Source of the DNA: Thermoproteota archaeon
GTDB taxonomy: Archaea > Korarchaeota > Korarchaeia > Korarchaeales > Korarchaeaceae
Assembly: GCA_026986575.1 (NCBI GenBank)
Contig: JALSOH010000010.1
Span: 1 to 27,798, forward strand
Length of the DNA stretch: 27,798 nt
Reading direction: 5' to 3'
Shown: piece by piece, positions 7,485 through 17,932 of the stretch
How positions within the stretch are numbered: the first letter of the stretch is position 1
Layout: each line of letters starts with the position of its first letter
Notes under the pieces: model-generated
Database searches by the model: none
What the model was told of the DNA's origin: nothing
What the model saw: only the letters and a program-made list of their open reading frames with translations
Program-made: the position numbers and the translations under genes

Positions 7485-9029
7485 ACTCTTATCCCCCAAG
7501 TTTTCACTTTCCATCATGAAATTGGAAATCCTAGACAGCAAGTCGGAGAAAGGAGACTCCCATTCGAACCTCTGTAATCTCTCGTTCCACAGCTCATCCG
7601 GAATCAACCAGAGGGGGTTTACGTGTATTACATCCGTCGCAACAAGCAAGCGTCTCCCTAGGATCGTGTACAGGGTGGAGATGAAATCTCCCTTCTCGTC
7701 CTTCCCAACGAACACCATACCTGCGCAACCCCTGAACCCCGGACCCTCCATGTAGTGCAAGGTGCATGCAGATATCGGGGTGAAAATCCTGGCTACTTTA
7801 GGGAACTCTTCCTCTTCACACCATATTTTCACGTATATGAGATCCAATCCCTTGGGGACCTCCACCATGTACTTGCGCATTATGAACTTATACTCCCTGA
7901 GCCTGGAGAGCCTGTACCTTGGGGAGCTAACTCCCATCGCCTCAACATCCCTTATAGTCACCCTTCCACTTACCATTACGTGATTGAGGATTCTGAGGTC
8001 GTCCCTCAAGAGCCTGAATCTCTCCCTCTCCCCATCTCGTCCCTCGCAGAAACGGCCCTGCCTCTGGATGTTCCCTTGCAGAGCCCGACCGATCACCTCC
8101 CACAGATGCGCTTTGGAGCCGATTCGAAAGCCGTGATAGGAGAGCTTCGACTTGAACACCCCGAATCCGAGGGATCTAAATTCTCTAATCAGGTGAGGAA
8201 GGGATTCTTGGGGCATCAAGAGCAGGGCCAAGGCATCGACTTCGGAGGATGCGGGCACCACTTGGGTGTAGGTGAAGGGAAAGTCCCAGAACGCGTTTCT
8301 GAGTTCTCTCACGTTAGGATACTCGATAGAGATTGTAGATAGACCTAACTTTCTCGTGTTGACGTTCTCAGGTCCGAAAATAAATCCCAAGAGCCTGAGT
8401 TTCCTTAACGCTCTAGATATGGTCGGCTCACTGAGCCCGTACTTCTCCTTTATCCCCTTGGGCTTGATCGTGGGATCATCGGTCAGGGCCCTCAGGACGG
8501 TCATCTCGGATTGGTTAAACTCCACCTCCTCTACCACTGCCCTTCTGAGCAGGGAGAAGTAGATGAAGAAATCGGGGTTCCCTAGCTCGGAGGACTCGTT
8601 CATTATGGAGATCAGGGAACCGACAAGAGTAAGCAGGGTTCCTCGGCTCAGAGCCTCAAGCATATAAGGGTCGTAATTGGAGAACTTAGGGTGGGGAGGA
8701 AGCCTCGCTCTCTCCCATAATTTTCTGCTCAGCCCCGAGGCCACCCAAGCCAAGTCGTGGACTTGGGGAACCAATTCGTCCAACTCTGAGGATATCATCA
8801 TGGAGAGAACCTCCTTTCTCACGATCCTCCTCCCAGCATCCAGTCCCCCACCCTCGAATACCTCGGCCGATATGCGCAGAGTGTCGTTCTTAAGGGAGGA
8901 GGTCCTGTGAATCCTCAGGGGCTCTTCCACCACTTCAACTTTAGCAGGGGGACCCCTCTTCAGGGGCAGCATGAGCGCTCTCTTCAGATGTTCGATCTCA
9001 GAGCTCAAAATGCTAGCTAAGTTGTACAC
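7482..9029 (-). CDS. Transcriptional regulator-like protein with two tandem Lrp/AsnC-type wHTH units
   Basis: First HTH: SEMTVLRALTDDP...YGLSEPTISRALRKLRLLGFI plus the linker NTRKLGL. Second unit: DDLRILNHV...RYRLSRLREYKFI. TTTTAT box about 25 nt upstream of the GTG start. Confidence 0.75.
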   Translation of the reverse strand: MYNLASILSSEIEHLKRALMLPLKRGPPAKVEVVEEPLRIHRTSSLKNDTLRISAEVFEGGGLDAGRRIVRKEVLSMMISSELDELVPQVHDLAWVASGLSRKLWERARLPPHPKFSNYDPYMLEALSRGTLLTLVGSLISIMNESSELGNPDFFIYFSLLRRAVVEEVEFNQSEMTVLRALTDDPTIKPKGIKEKYGLSEPTISRALRKLRLLGFIFGPENVNTRKLGLSTISIEYPNVRELRNAFWDFPFTYTQVVPASSEVDALALLLMPQESLPHLIREFRSLGFGVFKSKLSYHGFRIGSKAHLWEVIGRALQGNIQRQGRFCEGRDGERERFRLLRDDLRILNHVMVSGRVTIRDVEAMGVSSPRYRLSRLREYKFIMRKYMVEVPKGLDLIYVKIWCEEEEFPKVARIFTPISACTLHYMEGPGFRGCAGMVFVGKDEKGDFISTLYTILGRRLLVATDVIHVNPLWLIPDELWNERLQRFEWESPFSDLLSRISNFMMESENLGDKS

Positions 9030-9091
9030 AAGATTGAGAAGGCATGGGAAAAATAAAAGGATGATCGAGATTCGAGTAACGGGTTATACGA

Positions 9092-10429
9092 TCAACGTTC
9101 TCCCCAAACACCCCTCAGGTAGGAGAGGAAATCCTCCAGCTTCTTCATGCTAGGTACCGGGGCGTGGTAACTGCTGACCCTCTTCCGCCCTCCACGCTTC
9201 CCACCTCTCCACTCGACGGTGACAGCCAACTCAGAGCCTTCAGGCAAGTAATCAGAGGTTATGACGAAGACCATAGGACTGTACAACTGATCTGCCACGG
9301 AAACTACCTTTGCAAATACCGGGGAGGCCCTTCTACCTCTCTGAACGCTTAGCCTCCCGCTCCTCCATGTGATGAAGGCCTTGGCTTTTCTCCCCCCCTT
9401 CCTCCTGCTGTAGTAGTTGTGGGGGAGGCCGAACACGGACCACTCCAAGGAGAGCGCCCCCTCACCCCAGGTCCCCCACATGATCCTACTCACGACATTA
9501 AGATACTGTAAGGTCCTCTGACGGATGGGCCTTCTCTCTTCCTCTTTGTCACGCATCTCCATGCATCTCGACTTGTCATTTGGGTTCTCCCTGAACCTCC
9601 TGAACCTGAGGGCCAGTTCCTTCAATGCCTCCACTGAATCATCGTAAGAAGGCCCTATCACCGGATGGAATGACTCAGCATGCAGCTCGCCGAAGTTATC
9701 CACATCTCCCCCTTCAGGCAGGCTGTCGCATCCGGCCTCACGGGAATAACCCAAGACGAGACTCCCAAGCTCCTCTAGAAGCGACCTCACATTATCGTCG
9801 TTGAAGGGATGGGAGGTCAGCTTTACCCCCTCGACCTCCGGGGCATCAATCAGCGACACGCTGCCCATCCCTCTCCTCTGCCTCCTACCTATTCCACCTA
9901 GGGCGCCCCATACCCCTATAACAGTTCTCAGTATGTCCCTCTCTAACTTGCTGGATCTCCAGTCAAAATAAACCAGCAGATCGAACTCGCCCTTGAGACC
10001 TGCAGCATCCGCCGGAATTCCATATCCGAGGTAATTCACGCAGTATCTGGCTACCCTTCTATCACCACGGGAGGATTCTTTTTCCTTGCTCGAGCTCACC
10101 TCTATCTCGCAGCACCTTCCGAAGATCTCGGAAGCCTTGACCCTTCCTAGGCCGTCGTCTTCAATCCTTAACTTGGCAAGGGAAGCTCTGCTGGTACTGC
10201 CTAAGATCCTAGCCTCCATTCTACTCACGCATTTCAGCGATCTACTGCTCGACATGCCCAGATTCCTCAGGATACCATTTGCTGTAACTCTGAACCACCA
10301 CCTGATGATACCCCTCAGGCTTGAAACCCTTATCTCCGGGCTTGGGTTCTCTCCCTCATCCCCAGCCCCGTAGGCGAAGGCGGGGGTGATCAGCCTCACC
10401 CGGAACCTGTCCCCTCTATTTGCTCCCAT
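9092..10429 (-). CDS. cmr1: Type III-B RAMP Cmr1 (likely ATG 10429; the track starts at 10501)
   Basis: LITPAFAYGA, IRVSSLRGIIRWWFR, LGGIGRRQRRGMGS, FGLP and RRASPV motifs. Confidence 0.93.
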   Translation of the reverse strand: MGANRGDRFRVRLITPAFAYGAGDEGENPSPEIRVSSLRGIIRWWFRVTANGILRNLGMSSSRSLKCVSRMEARILGSTSRASLAKLRIEDDGLGRVKASEIFGRCCEIEVSSSKEKESSRGDRRVARYCVNYLGYGIPADAAGLKGEFDLLVYFDWRSSKLERDILRTVIGVWGALGGIGRRQRRGMGSVSLIDAPEVEGVKLTSHPFNDDNVRSLLEELGSLVLGYSREAGCDSLPEGGDVDNFGELHAESFHPVIGPSYDDSVEALKELALRFRRFRENPNDKSRCMEMRDKEEERRPIRQRTLQYLNVVSRIMWGTWGEGALSLEWSVFGLPHNYYSRRKGGRKAKAFITWRSGRLSVQRGRRASPVFAKVVSVADQLYSPMVFVITSDYLPEGSELAVTVEWRGGKRGGRKRVSSYHAPVPSMKKLEDFLSYLRGVWGER

Positions 10430-10442
10430 GGTCAATTCTCCA

Positions 10443-11558
10443 TCATCTCCCGGCGTTCCTCTGCTTGAAGATCCCATAGTCAGAGCTGGTCTTGGCCCCA
10501 AGTCCGGTGAAGGTCAATACATCGTTCAGTAACCTCTCCACTACATCCCTATAATCAGCATCCCGTAGGACCAGCAGGAACTTGAAGGTAACGCCTTTCT
10601 CCACCACGGGAAGGAAGAAAGGCTTAGGCTCGCCCCAATCACCAGGTGGTTGAGGATTATCCGGCCTGCTGTAGTAGTGGAGGTAGTGGGGATTCACGAC
10701 ATCGACCCCCAAAATGGGGCTACCTTCAGGAGCCACCGGGAATCCCCCAATAGATATCAGCTTTCCCATGGACTTTTTACTCCCGAAAAGATCAAATAAT
10801 GCCCTGATACGATTTAAGACATCTTCTTGAACTTTCTTCTCCCTAAAACTAGCGAGGATCTCATCGAGCTCTTTCTTGGATAGATCCTCCAATTTGGAGG
10901 TCTTGCGTGAGCGCTGACCTGCTTCCTCACCATCGACCTCCACATCCAAAAGGGACAGCAGCTCCGAATCGCTGCCCCGCTTTACAAGATCTTCCACTAT
11001 ATCTGAAAGCAGTCTGCTCCTCATCGCTCCCTTGAGCGTGGATCCCGGTATCCACGGGACCCCGAAAGGTGCCAGAGAGGCTATCCCCGATTCCCAGGCA
11101 CTCAAGCCCCCGATCCCCACGTAAAATCTCTTCTCCGTCGTATACTCTTTCTGAATTATATTGTCGCGCCCGTAAATGTCCTCCAGCGCTCGGGTCAGTT
11201 CATTTACATAATTTATGGAGGACTGGGGCAGGATCGCTTTTCCCGAAACGTAGTGCCAGTGTGCCTTCTGTATGCTATCCTTCTTAATACCGACGAACAT
11301 GTAGAGATAATCCTTGATAGGATCCCCCTTCCCTGACCCCGACCCATCCCCGGTTTTACTGTATCTCCGTTTACCCTTATCACCCCCTTGACCGCCCGCC
11401 TTATTTTTGCCGTCTACCCCGAGGGAGGCAGGGGGCGGTAATACGTAGGAAATGATCCAAGGGTTCAGCTCCCCTCCTCCTTGGCTCTTGGACACCTCAG
11501 ATACTATACTCAGCAGCCTATACAGCGAAACCGATTCGTCGTTCTTTTCTGACCTCAA
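10443..11558 (-). CDS. cmr6: Type III-B RAMP Cmr6
   Basis: GVPWIPGSTLKGAMR, DVVNPHY, PGDWGEPKP and GLGAKTSSDYG motifs. Confidence 0.94.
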   Translation of the reverse strand: MRSEKNDESVSLYRLLSIVSEVSKSQGGGELNPWIISYVLPPPASLGVDGKNKAGGQGGDKGKRRYSKTGDGSGSGKGDPIKDYLYMFVGIKKDSIQKAHWHYVSGKAILPQSSINYVNELTRALEDIYGRDNIIQKEYTTEKRFYVGIGGLSAWESGIASLAPFGVPWIPGSTLKGAMRSRLLSDIVEDLVKRGSDSELLSLLDVEVDGEEAGQRSRKTSKLEDLSKKELDEILASFREKKVQEDVLNRIRALFDLFGSKKSMGKLISIGGFPVAPEGSPILGVDVVNPHYLHYYSRPDNPQPPGDWGEPKPFFLPVVEKGVTFKFLLVLRDADYRDVVERLLNDVLTFTGLGAKTSSDYGIFKQRNAGR

Positions 11559-12073
11559 CCTGCTATTTCGCCTCCCTCCCCTATCCTTGCATGTGCCAGC
11601 ACTTTCAGTGCCTCTGAGTATCTGAGAATCTCGTCACTTATCCAAGAGATCTCCTTCATGTCCTTCTCTAGCAACTCATCCAGTATTTCCTTAGATAGCC
11701 TCTCGTCGCACTTCTTCTTATGTACCTCAGATCTATCACTTTCACTATCTCGTTTTTCCCCCTCCAGTTTTATCAGATTTCTTCCCTTCAGCCACTTCAT
11801 AATGGATTCTACCAGCATTAGAGCAGCTTCGGTCTTCTTGCTTTCCTTACCCATACATCTCTTCAACAGGTAAGCCACGGTCATCAGAGCCCCGCTATTC
11901 AGAATCATGCCCGGAAGCCTCTGAGCCAGGTTTTTGAGCTCCTCCTTGCCCTCATCTCCCAGCCTTGAAATAACTCCATCGATCAAATCATTAACAATCT
12001 TGAACAATTCTTTCTCTCCCAGCAGCATCTCTAACTCCTGTCTCTCATTTCCCTGCATCTCCATCCCCCTCAC
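11555..12073 (-). CDS. cmr5: Type III-B small subunit Cmr5 (Cas11)
   Basis: Helical protein with LPGMILNSGALMTVAYL, located between cmr4 and cmr6. Confidence 0.9.
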   Translation of the reverse strand: MRGMEMQGNERQELEMLLGEKELFKIVNDLIDGVISRLGDEGKEELKNLAQRLPGMILNSGALMTVAYLLKRCMGKESKKTEAALMLVESIMKWLKGRNLIKLEGEKRDSESDRSEVHKKKCDERLSKEILDELLEKDMKEISWISDEILRYSEALKVLAHARIGEGGEIAG

Positions 12074-12076
12074 CCC

Positions 12077-13120
12077 TCAAGATTCCTCCGAACCTCCACC
12101 CTGCACCTCCCCCTTTGCCGTCTTGCACCAGCAGGATTCCCCGTTCCCAGGTGCCAGGATCTCCGCTATACCTAGGCCTGTCGTCGTATCGCCCCCGAAC
12201 TGCAAGTATCCCCTCACTATCTTACAGATGTTTTCCCTAACTCCCCCCTCATTTCGGGCGAAGACGAAAGAGTAGAGGAAGGTCTCGGGCGGCAGGTTCT
12301 CCTGATACCAGAGGCCTCCTTCCTTCACAGTGTTGGTGCTGGGATCTATGCGTATGTGAGGCACTACCTCTATCCCCCTCGAGAGGAGATGCTTGAACAT
12401 CTGATCGTGAACTATAACGAGCCTCCCTCTGATCTGCGAGGGGAGATTTTCCTCGAATATTCCCAGGAACTCAAGGAAGTTGTTGAGGTCAGTGTCGGCC
12501 CTCGTTATTCTCAGGCCGACATCTTCCAAGACAACGAACCTGCCGGAATTATCGGAACCTTTATTCAAGCTTATCACTACTTCGTTCTCCGATGAAGATC
12601 CCTGAACATCCTTACCCCCAGTTCCCTCCTTACCGGGTACGATGGCATCTCCCACGCTCAAATTCACTGCTAGGTTATTTAAATTGAGTCCACAGCTTAC
12701 ACCATCGCTCTCACCTTTGAGGAGTTCCGTCATCATTTTAACGTCCCTTATGAACCTGTTTATAAGGAAGGGCGAGGTTATCCAGGCGTAAATTCCCCTC
12801 AGGCTCTTTACTGGAAAGAACAGGAGTTTGGCGTCGGTGAACACAGCCATACCCATTGCCTCACTTCCCTTCTCTGGTTCGGGACCGAAGATCTTTTCTA
12901 TTACCTCGTCTACATCATTCACTCTGCTTTTCTCGAGCTTCACCTTGGCCCAAGACCTCAATGCTCCCTTGATGCTGCTGCCGTAGATGACGGGTAATCC
13001 AGTATGAGCCTCCCTCTGAATGGGGAGGTCCACTATACCGGACACTCTCGCCCCACTACCCGCGTGGAGCGGGGTGAGGGATCTTATCAGGTAGGGGATT
13101 CCCAGCTCGTACACCCTCAA
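12077..13120 (-). CDS. cmr4: Type III-B RAMP Cmr4 (likely TTG 13120 after a GGAGGTGA SD; the track starts at 13228)
   Basis: TPLHAGSG...VDLPIQRE (catalytic Asp position present), GSSIKGALR, GGLWYQENLP and QFGGDTTTGLG motifs. Confidence 0.95.
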   Translation of the reverse strand: MRVYELGIPYLIRSLTPLHAGSGARVSGIVDLPIQREAHTGLPVIYGSSIKGALRSWAKVKLEKSRVNDVDEVIEKIFGPEPEKGSEAMGMAVFTDAKLLFFPVKSLRGIYAWITSPFLINRFIRDVKMMTELLKGESDGVSCGLNLNNLAVNLSVGDAIVPGKEGTGGKDVQGSSSENEVVISLNKGSDNSGRFVVLEDVGLRITRADTDLNNFLEFLGIFEENLPSQIRGRLVIVHDQMFKHLLSRGIEVVPHIRIDPSTNTVKEGGLWYQENLPPETFLYSFVFARNEGGVRENICKIVRGYLQFGGDTTTGLGIAEILAPGNGESCWCKTAKGEVQGGGSEES

Positions 13121-13124
13121 GACA

Positions 13125-14330
13125 TCACCTCCTGAGTTTGACCACCACGGGGGAACCGAACCCCCTGTCCCAGTAAAGGGACAGCCTCCAAAATTCGAGC
13201 AAAAACTCCATCTTATCGGCCCCTTCACTCATACGAAGGAAGTAGACCGTGCCAGGAGGAACGGCGGAGTACATCTTCCTAGCTCTGCCCAATGGGATGC
13301 TCCATCCGCTCAACCTTCGAGGGGCCGAAGTCACCACTCGGGGTCCTATCCATTCCGGCCTTCCGGGAAGCCCGCTGATATCCGGGAGTGTCGTGGTCCT
13401 CCACTTATCTCTCATGTATATGGCCGGGGATACCAGGACCACCTTCAGCACCTCCCCTGGCTGCAGTTCTTCTCCCCCTCTGAACTGCTGGATGTGCCTC
13501 CCACTGTCAGTGAATATCCCCGCTGGCCTGCCCTCTCCTCCCAATCTCTCGATCCCGTGAACGTCAGGAATGACCTCCTTATCGGCCATACCTATGGAGA
13601 TCATCGCATACCCCATTCTCCTATACCTGAGATCTCTCTCCCCTTCTTGCACCCTGATGTGGACCGTGCGATAAAGCATGCCCTCCTCGACGCTGCCCCT
13701 CTCTTCATCCATCTTTATCCCCAGCCTCTCCTCGGGGTATATCTTGGGAGCGCCCCTCAGTAGCAGGATACCCAAGCTGTCTCCGTAGTCATCTATGTCT
13801 CTCAGCCTGATCAGCGGTAACTCAAAGTGATCGTAGAGATAGATGCTGTCCGGGGAGAGTACTATTGGAGGTAGATCGTTCCTGTAGCTCTCACCGACAA
13901 GCATTTCATGAGGTGTGGCTGACTGACCATCATCTCCTTCCCTTACCCTCCCGCTCATCGATTTATCCCAAGCCTCAGCCTTCAAGGCTCTGAGCTTCAT
14001 CTCATCCTCCCTTGCCCACACCACCTCCAGATCCCTTGGAGCAGGCACCCACAACTCCTCACTGAAGTAGATGAGGGGGCCGTAAAACGCGTACTTTATG
14101 TATCTCCCCTTCTCCTCCTCGGACTCCACATCACCCCCACCGCTGCTATTAAGAACGGAGTCCAGACCATGCTTCCTGACGAGAAGGGAGAGAACGGCTC
14201 CGGAGACTGTCCAAGGTGTGGGATGCGGCATGGATCTGGAGCTCCCTCCAAGCGGGACCCCTATCCCTCCCCCGAAAAAGAGGGAGTCGAAGGGCTCAAT
14301 CAACACGACCTTAGTCTCGATCTTAACCAC
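13125..14330 (-). CDS. cmr3: Type III-B Cmr3 (Cas5-like)
   Basis: IEPFDSLFFG, PWTVSGA, RLGGEGR, AVPPGTVY and RGFG motifs. Confidence 0.94.
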   Translation of the reverse strand: MVKIETKVVLIEPFDSLFFGGGIGVPLGGSSRSMPHPTPWTVSGAVLSLLVRKHGLDSVLNSSGGGDVESEEEKGRYIKYAFYGPLIYFSEELWVPAPRDLEVVWAREDEMKLRALKAEAWDKSMSGRVREGDDGQSATPHEMLVGESYRNDLPPIVLSPDSIYLYDHFELPLIRLRDIDDYGDSLGILLLRGAPKIYPEERLGIKMDEERGSVEEGMLYRTVHIRVQEGERDLRYRRMGYAMISIGMADKEVIPDVHGIERLGGEGRPAGIFTDSGRHIQQFRGGEELQPGEVLKVVLVSPAIYMRDKWRTTTLPDISGLPGRPEWIGPRVVTSAPRRLSGWSIPLGRARKMYSAVPPGTVYFLRMSEGADKMEFLLEFWRLSLYWDRGFGSPVVVKLRR

Positions 14331-17300
14331 GGATCAGCACCTCCCCAATGAAGAGATCTAAGAGACGGTGAATATGAATCATCTGAGTTCTCTCCAATTC
14401 TACTGGCATCTTATACAGCATGAGATCCTTCTCGAAACCGAGATGCCATTCTTCATACTCTTTCTCCTCTTTAGAAAGTAAATCTATGTACATCTTCACG
14501 AACTCTTCCTCCACCTCGGAGTTCCTCTCCTCCGTGCCATGGAGGTTCCTCCTGATGGAGAGTCTCACGAGAGGCTCAATGCTTTCTGGTTTGTCTGGCT
14601 CGTATGCCTTGGCACCGAATCTCTCCATATACTCCAGAAAGTCCTTCACGAAACTCCTGCTCAGAATCTCTTCGGCCTGTATGACATCCCTTACCTTAAG
14701 GAGCAGGGAAGATGCCACACCTCTTAGTAGGAGATCCCCTGATATGACTGCCCTTTGATAGTGGCCGCCTCTAGTCATCTTAGCGAAAGAAACTCTGTTT
14801 CTACTTCCCGGCGGAGAATCGGGAGACCCATCCTTAGCTACAGCCAACTCCTCAGAAACGGCGCGCAGCATCTCACTCATGGGAATAAGCCTGTGGGCAA
14901 CGACCACCCCGCCACTGACCGTGGCCTTCTCTCCCATGCCCAGGTGTAGCCTTCCTCTAACCCTGAGGAGATGTCCCCTGTAAGCCCGGATCACCCTCTC
15001 AACGAAGTCAACCGCTTTTGAAGCCGGTACCGCAGCGAGAAGCTCGTCTCCAGCCGAGTAGAGGGTTATCCCGCCCACCTCCTCCACTATGTCCGGGTAT
15101 ATTAGGGAGAGATCCCTTAGAATGGAGCTCATATTCCTGTGAAGGGAGGGGGTCACCAGCCTGTAGAGCCCCTCCAACTTCGAACCAACCTCTTTGAGGA
15201 GTTCCGTCATTAGCGCTTTCGCATTCGATCTGAACTTACATTGAGGTTCCCTGAGTTCTGCGGGATCCCCACTTGTCGTCCTCAGGCAGTACACCCTGTC
15301 GACTAGCTTTGCATTTGTTTCCACGAACATCATACCGGATATCCACTTGCCGACTAAGTCTCCGTCCAACTGGACTATGGCAACGTAGTTGGAGAGTTTC
15401 TCCTCTAAACCTCTGTCGATGAGGAACTTGATGAGCTCATCAACAGAATTAGTTCCACATCCCAGCTTCTCCATGGCTGTCCTGACGTTCTTCCAGGTGC
15501 TTGGGAAGAGCAACGTCCCGGGTATCTCCTCCACTCCTTCCAGCCTGCTTGCAAGCTTCATCCCCAGCATTTCCCTTTCTCTCATGGTTATAAGGGCCTC
15601 CGAGATTTCTATGTATTTCCTCCCGAGTTCGGCTATCAGATCCTCGAGCGTTGAGAGCCTCCTGTCCTGTGTGCTCTTCCTTTTGGACCTACACTCCGCT
15701 GCATCAACTAGGGCGTTGGCCATAAGGACCGTCAGTCTCCTCCCGGAATTCTCCTCAGGATCCGAATTAGACTCCTGAACTATCTCCTCCCTCTTGGGGG
15801 CCACAGCCACGTCATCTAGGGTGGGTATCTTACCTATCGCTTCCTTCAGGGGGGCTGATAGTTTTTCCCCCTCACTGACAATCTCCTCAAGTTTGTTCCG
15901 CTCTATGCCTAACGCAACGGACCAGGCGGCGATAAGGCTATCTCTCCTCATTAAGAGCCTCTTCAGCACACCAACAGCACAAAGGGGCTCCCTACCACTG
16001 AAAAGCCATCTCTCTCCTATCCCCATACCCTTCTCCATCGCCTCCACGAGGTTCCTCCATCCTTCCTGCGACCACCCACCCTCTCCTACAAACAAAGGGT
16101 TTCTGGAACCGCAGAGCATGCACCTCCTGCTTACTTTCCCCCCTCCCTCACTTCCTGGCTCAACCTCATGCTCGAACACCTCACTCAGCTTAGCGTACCT
16201 CATCCTCGACTGGAGGACCAGGAAGGCGATTGGATAGAAGGTGGTCACCTCAATGTTGTATTTCAAGCGGCCTTTCTCCCCTAGGTATTCGTTTATCGCA
16301 ATCATATCAGCAAACTTCTCGATGAGAGAGGCTATCTTTTTCACTCCTTTGACCTCGTATCTCCAAGTAGCTATTTCACTTGGGATGAATTCGTTCAGTT
16401 GTTCCTTCAGTACTTCGGAGCGACCCTCCACGTTCCCGCTACTTTGTCTGAAGAGAGGGTACCTAAAGATAATGTGGCCCATCCTGAGGGACAGTGGATA
16501 TGGAAGACCTCTGAGCTGCCTCTCCACCACTTCCCTCAACTCATTGCTGAGATCCAGCTTGCTTAGAAGCCCCTCCAGTATGATGAGCTTCCCCAACTCC
16601 TGGAAGAAGGACTCAACCGCACGGCGTATTCTCCCTTCCAGCTCCTCTATCATTCCTTCCGGTGCGAAGAAGAGGACATGATCCGGTAGAGATGGAACTA
16701 AGAGCTTCCTGAAGAAGTTTCCCGGGGATTCGGCACCTTCCCCCTTCCCATCACCCCAGAGCCCGAGCACCTCATCCCACGACAGGACCCCTTGGGTGAG
16801 GAGGTAGAGGTCCATGAGCGGGTTTCCCCTCACATCGGGGAATATGAGGGAGTCAGGTCCGAGCTCCTCAGCGACTATCCTAGTAACAAGGAGGGTAAGG
16901 AGGCTTATCAAGTAACTTGAGGCCCATATGTCCCTCACCTTCCTACTATGGGAAAGGAACTTGCCGACGCCTCCTATGTCAATGCTCACCAAGGAAATCC
17001 TCTCATTCCTCAGGAGGGCTGGGACGAGCGCCGTCGATGTGACTAGGTGATCCACGATCCCATGATCCGGGATCCTAGAATCAGCAGGTAGGAAGGAAAC
17101 AACGTGGGTCAGGTTCCTCTCGTCACCGAGGACAAGGGAAGTGTCAAGGGTCCTCCAGAGATAGAGGAACTGCTTTCTCCTAAAATCTTCACCATGGAAC
17201 CTCCCCCGAAGTTCCTCAAGCTTCCTCCTAACCGCTACTGAAATGGGACAGTTCTCGAGGACGCCGTTTTTCAAGATGCAAGGGGTCTTTGAAAGCCTGA

Positions 17301-17667
17301 CTATCTCCTCCCCTATTTTCCCTCCCGGCAGCTCTCTATATGGCTCATCGTCGCATTCTCGGGGTTTTCCTCCTCTCAAGATCACCAAGGGCGTAGAGGA
17401 GAGTAGATCGACACCATCTAGGGGGTGATAAAACTCGGGTTTACCAACCCAGTCCGCCACAAAGGAGGAGATCAGGGGATTCCTGTCGGAGGCGGATGCA
17501 ATTACATCGGCCTGCTTAGGCAAGTCAAGGTGATTTAGGGACAATCCAAGGGCAGATCTCAGGTTACCAGATATCTCCTCATGTTCCTTTAGTTGGAAAA
17601 TTTTGTCTAAAGGATCGTGGAGGAGCACGTAAAGCTTGGCTTCCCACATATTGTTCGCTTCAGGCAT
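14323..17667 (-). CDS. cmr2: Cas10/Cmr2 (1114 aa) with HD domain and a variant palm motif AGDE
   Basis: LLHDP, PADSRIPDH, SRKVRDIWASS and QLDGDLVG motifs. YSAGDELLA sits at the position of canonical YAGGDD. Confidence 0.96.
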   Translation of the reverse strand: MPEANNMWEAKLYVLLHDPLDKIFQLKEHEEISGNLRSALGLSLNHLDLPKQADVIASASDRNPLISSFVADWVGKPEFYHPLDGVDLLSSTPLVILRGGKPRECDDEPYRELPGGKIGEEIVRLSKTPCILKNGVLENCPISVAVRRKLEELRGRFHGEDFRRKQFLYLWRTLDTSLVLGDERNLTHVVSFLPADSRIPDHGIVDHLVTSTALVPALLRNERISLVSIDIGGVGKFLSHSRKVRDIWASSYLISLLTLLVTRIVAEELGPDSLIFPDVRGNPLMDLYLLTQGVLSWDEVLGLWGDGKGEGAESPGNFFRKLLVPSLPDHVLFFAPEGMIEELEGRIRRAVESFFQELGKLIILEGLLSKLDLSNELREVVERQLRGLPYPLSLRMGHIIFRYPLFRQSSGNVEGRSEVLKEQLNEFIPSEIATWRYEVKGVKKIASLIEKFADMIAINEYLGEKGRLKYNIEVTTFYPIAFLVLQSRMRYAKLSEVFEHEVEPGSEGGGKVSRRCMLCGSRNPLFVGEGGWSQEGWRNLVEAMEKGMGIGERWLFSGREPLCAVGVLKRLLMRRDSLIAAWSVALGIERNKLEEIVSEGEKLSAPLKEAIGKIPTLDDVAVAPKREEIVQESNSDPEENSGRRLTVLMANALVDAAECRSKRKSTQDRRLSTLEDLIAELGRKYIEISEALITMREREMLGMKLASRLEGVEEIPGTLLFPSTWKNVRTAMEKLGCGTNSVDELIKFLIDRGLEEKLSNYVAIVQLDGDLVGKWISGMMFVETNAKLVDRVYCLRTTSGDPAELREPQCKFRSNAKALMTELLKEVGSKLEGLYRLVTPSLHRNMSSILRDLSLIYPDIVEEVGGITLYSAGDELLAAVPASKAVDFVERVIRAYRGHLLRVRGRLHLGMGEKATVSGGVVVAHRLIPMSEMLRAVSEELAVAKDGSPDSPPGSRNRVSFAKMTRGGHYQRAVISGDLLLRGVASSLLLKVRDVIQAEEILSRSFVKDFLEYMERFGAKAYEPDKPESIEPLVRLSIRRNLHGTEERNSEVEEEFVKMYIDLLSKEEKEYEEWHLGFEKDLMLYKMPVELERTQMIHIHRLLDLFIGEVLIRG

Positions 17668-17789
17668 CGAACCGATATACCTCCATTACTAAAATCATAA
17701 CTGTTCAATCTTTTCATTTCCATGTGCTTTTATGAAATGAACTGCATCACGGTTGACCCGAAGGCCCATGTTAGATGCTGATTGATCCG

Positions 17790-17932
17790 GTTCGAGGTCG
17801 ACAGCGATTTTTGAACTTTGGTAACGGAATGCTTTATATAGAGCTGTGTGAAGAAGATATTTATTAGTCATGAAACTAAGTATCTCTCGAGGGAGATAGC
17901 CGACTTTGGTTAAGTGGGGGATCTCCACATCG
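17790..17932 (+). promoter_or_regulatory. Leader/promoter of the main CRISPR array, divergent from cmr2
   Basis: GTTCGAGG at 17790, TTTATATA at 17833-17840 (100 nt before repeat 1) and TAGTCATGAAAC at 17865-17876. Confidence 0.8.

Noticed and set aside
7133-7507. 124-aa minus-strand ORF
   Set aside because: Pro/Gly/Ser-rich, overlaps the regulator's end, and is better explained by GC-rich RNA structure.
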